From a virus (Duplodnaviria; Heunggongvirae; Uroviricota; Caudoviricetes), in IMG/VR virus record IMGVR_UViG_3300012208_000002: 39,058 nt of DNA; one strand, 5' to 3'. Under the pieces are notes generated by a model. That model saw nothing but the letters and a program-made list of their open reading frames with translations. It was not told the origin of the DNA and ran no database searches. This document shows, piece after piece, positions 38,840 to 39,058 of the stretch (its first letter is position 1; the number at the start of each line of letters is the position of its first letter). Position numbers and translations under genes: made by a program.

Positions 38840-39058
38840 ATGACAGACCAAGTAAACCCCGGACAGGCGAAGCCTGCCCCGGAAGTGGCCTCTGATGCCA
38901 CAACATTGCAGTTGCTAGTTCAGCTTCTATTGGCCGAGCGCCAGGAATCTTTGCTAGAGAGACAGGAAAAAGCACGAGCATTGGGAGCACGTAACGACCA
39001 AAGACGCAAGAATGCTGACTACGTCGTAGCCGAGAAAAATAAAATTCAGGCTATGTGT
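38840..39058 (+). CDS. hypothetical protein, truncated by window edge (MTDQVNPGQ...)
   Basis: read manually; GAGAG RBS. Confidence 0.65.
   Translation, partial: MTDQVNPGQAKPAPEVASDATTLQLLVQLLLAERQESLLERQEKARALGARNDQRRKNADYVVAEKNKIQAMC

Noticed and set aside
1-39058. Stop-codon reassignment, prompted by the TCA-loop RNA
   Set aside because: Long genes are intact in the standard code and TAA, TAG and TGA all end genes at sensible boundaries; no canonical suppressor tRNA was found.

Overview
This window is part of a lytic-type tailed dsDNA phage genome (standard genetic code; host not determinable from sequence) with four blocks. (1) 1-8.4 kb: a minus-strand arm of about 25 small early-type genes (RNA ligase-like, protein-kinase-like, bL12-like, DUF932, HExxH protein) driven by two recurring promoter classes. 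(2) 8.4-9.5 kb: a non-coding divergent gap. (3) 10.2-17.5 kb: an array of 35 CCA-ending tRNA genes covering all 20 amino acids. It also holds an RNase P RNA, a hammerhead ribozyme core, several non-canonical tRNA-like RNAs, other structured RNAs, micro-ORFs, an HNH gene and a trypsin-like protease. (4) 17.5-39 kb: plus-strand virion and packaging genes (beta-rich putative structural proteins, an 895-aa fibre-like protein, small basic proteins, histidine phosphatase, terminase large subunit, portal, scaffold) and a major capsid gene split by a 169-nt ORF-less group I intron, followed by a free-standing HNH gene. The most notable system is the tRNA array as a possibly self-processing RNA module. 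All RNA structures were folded by eye and protein families were recognised from motifs only; no searches were run.
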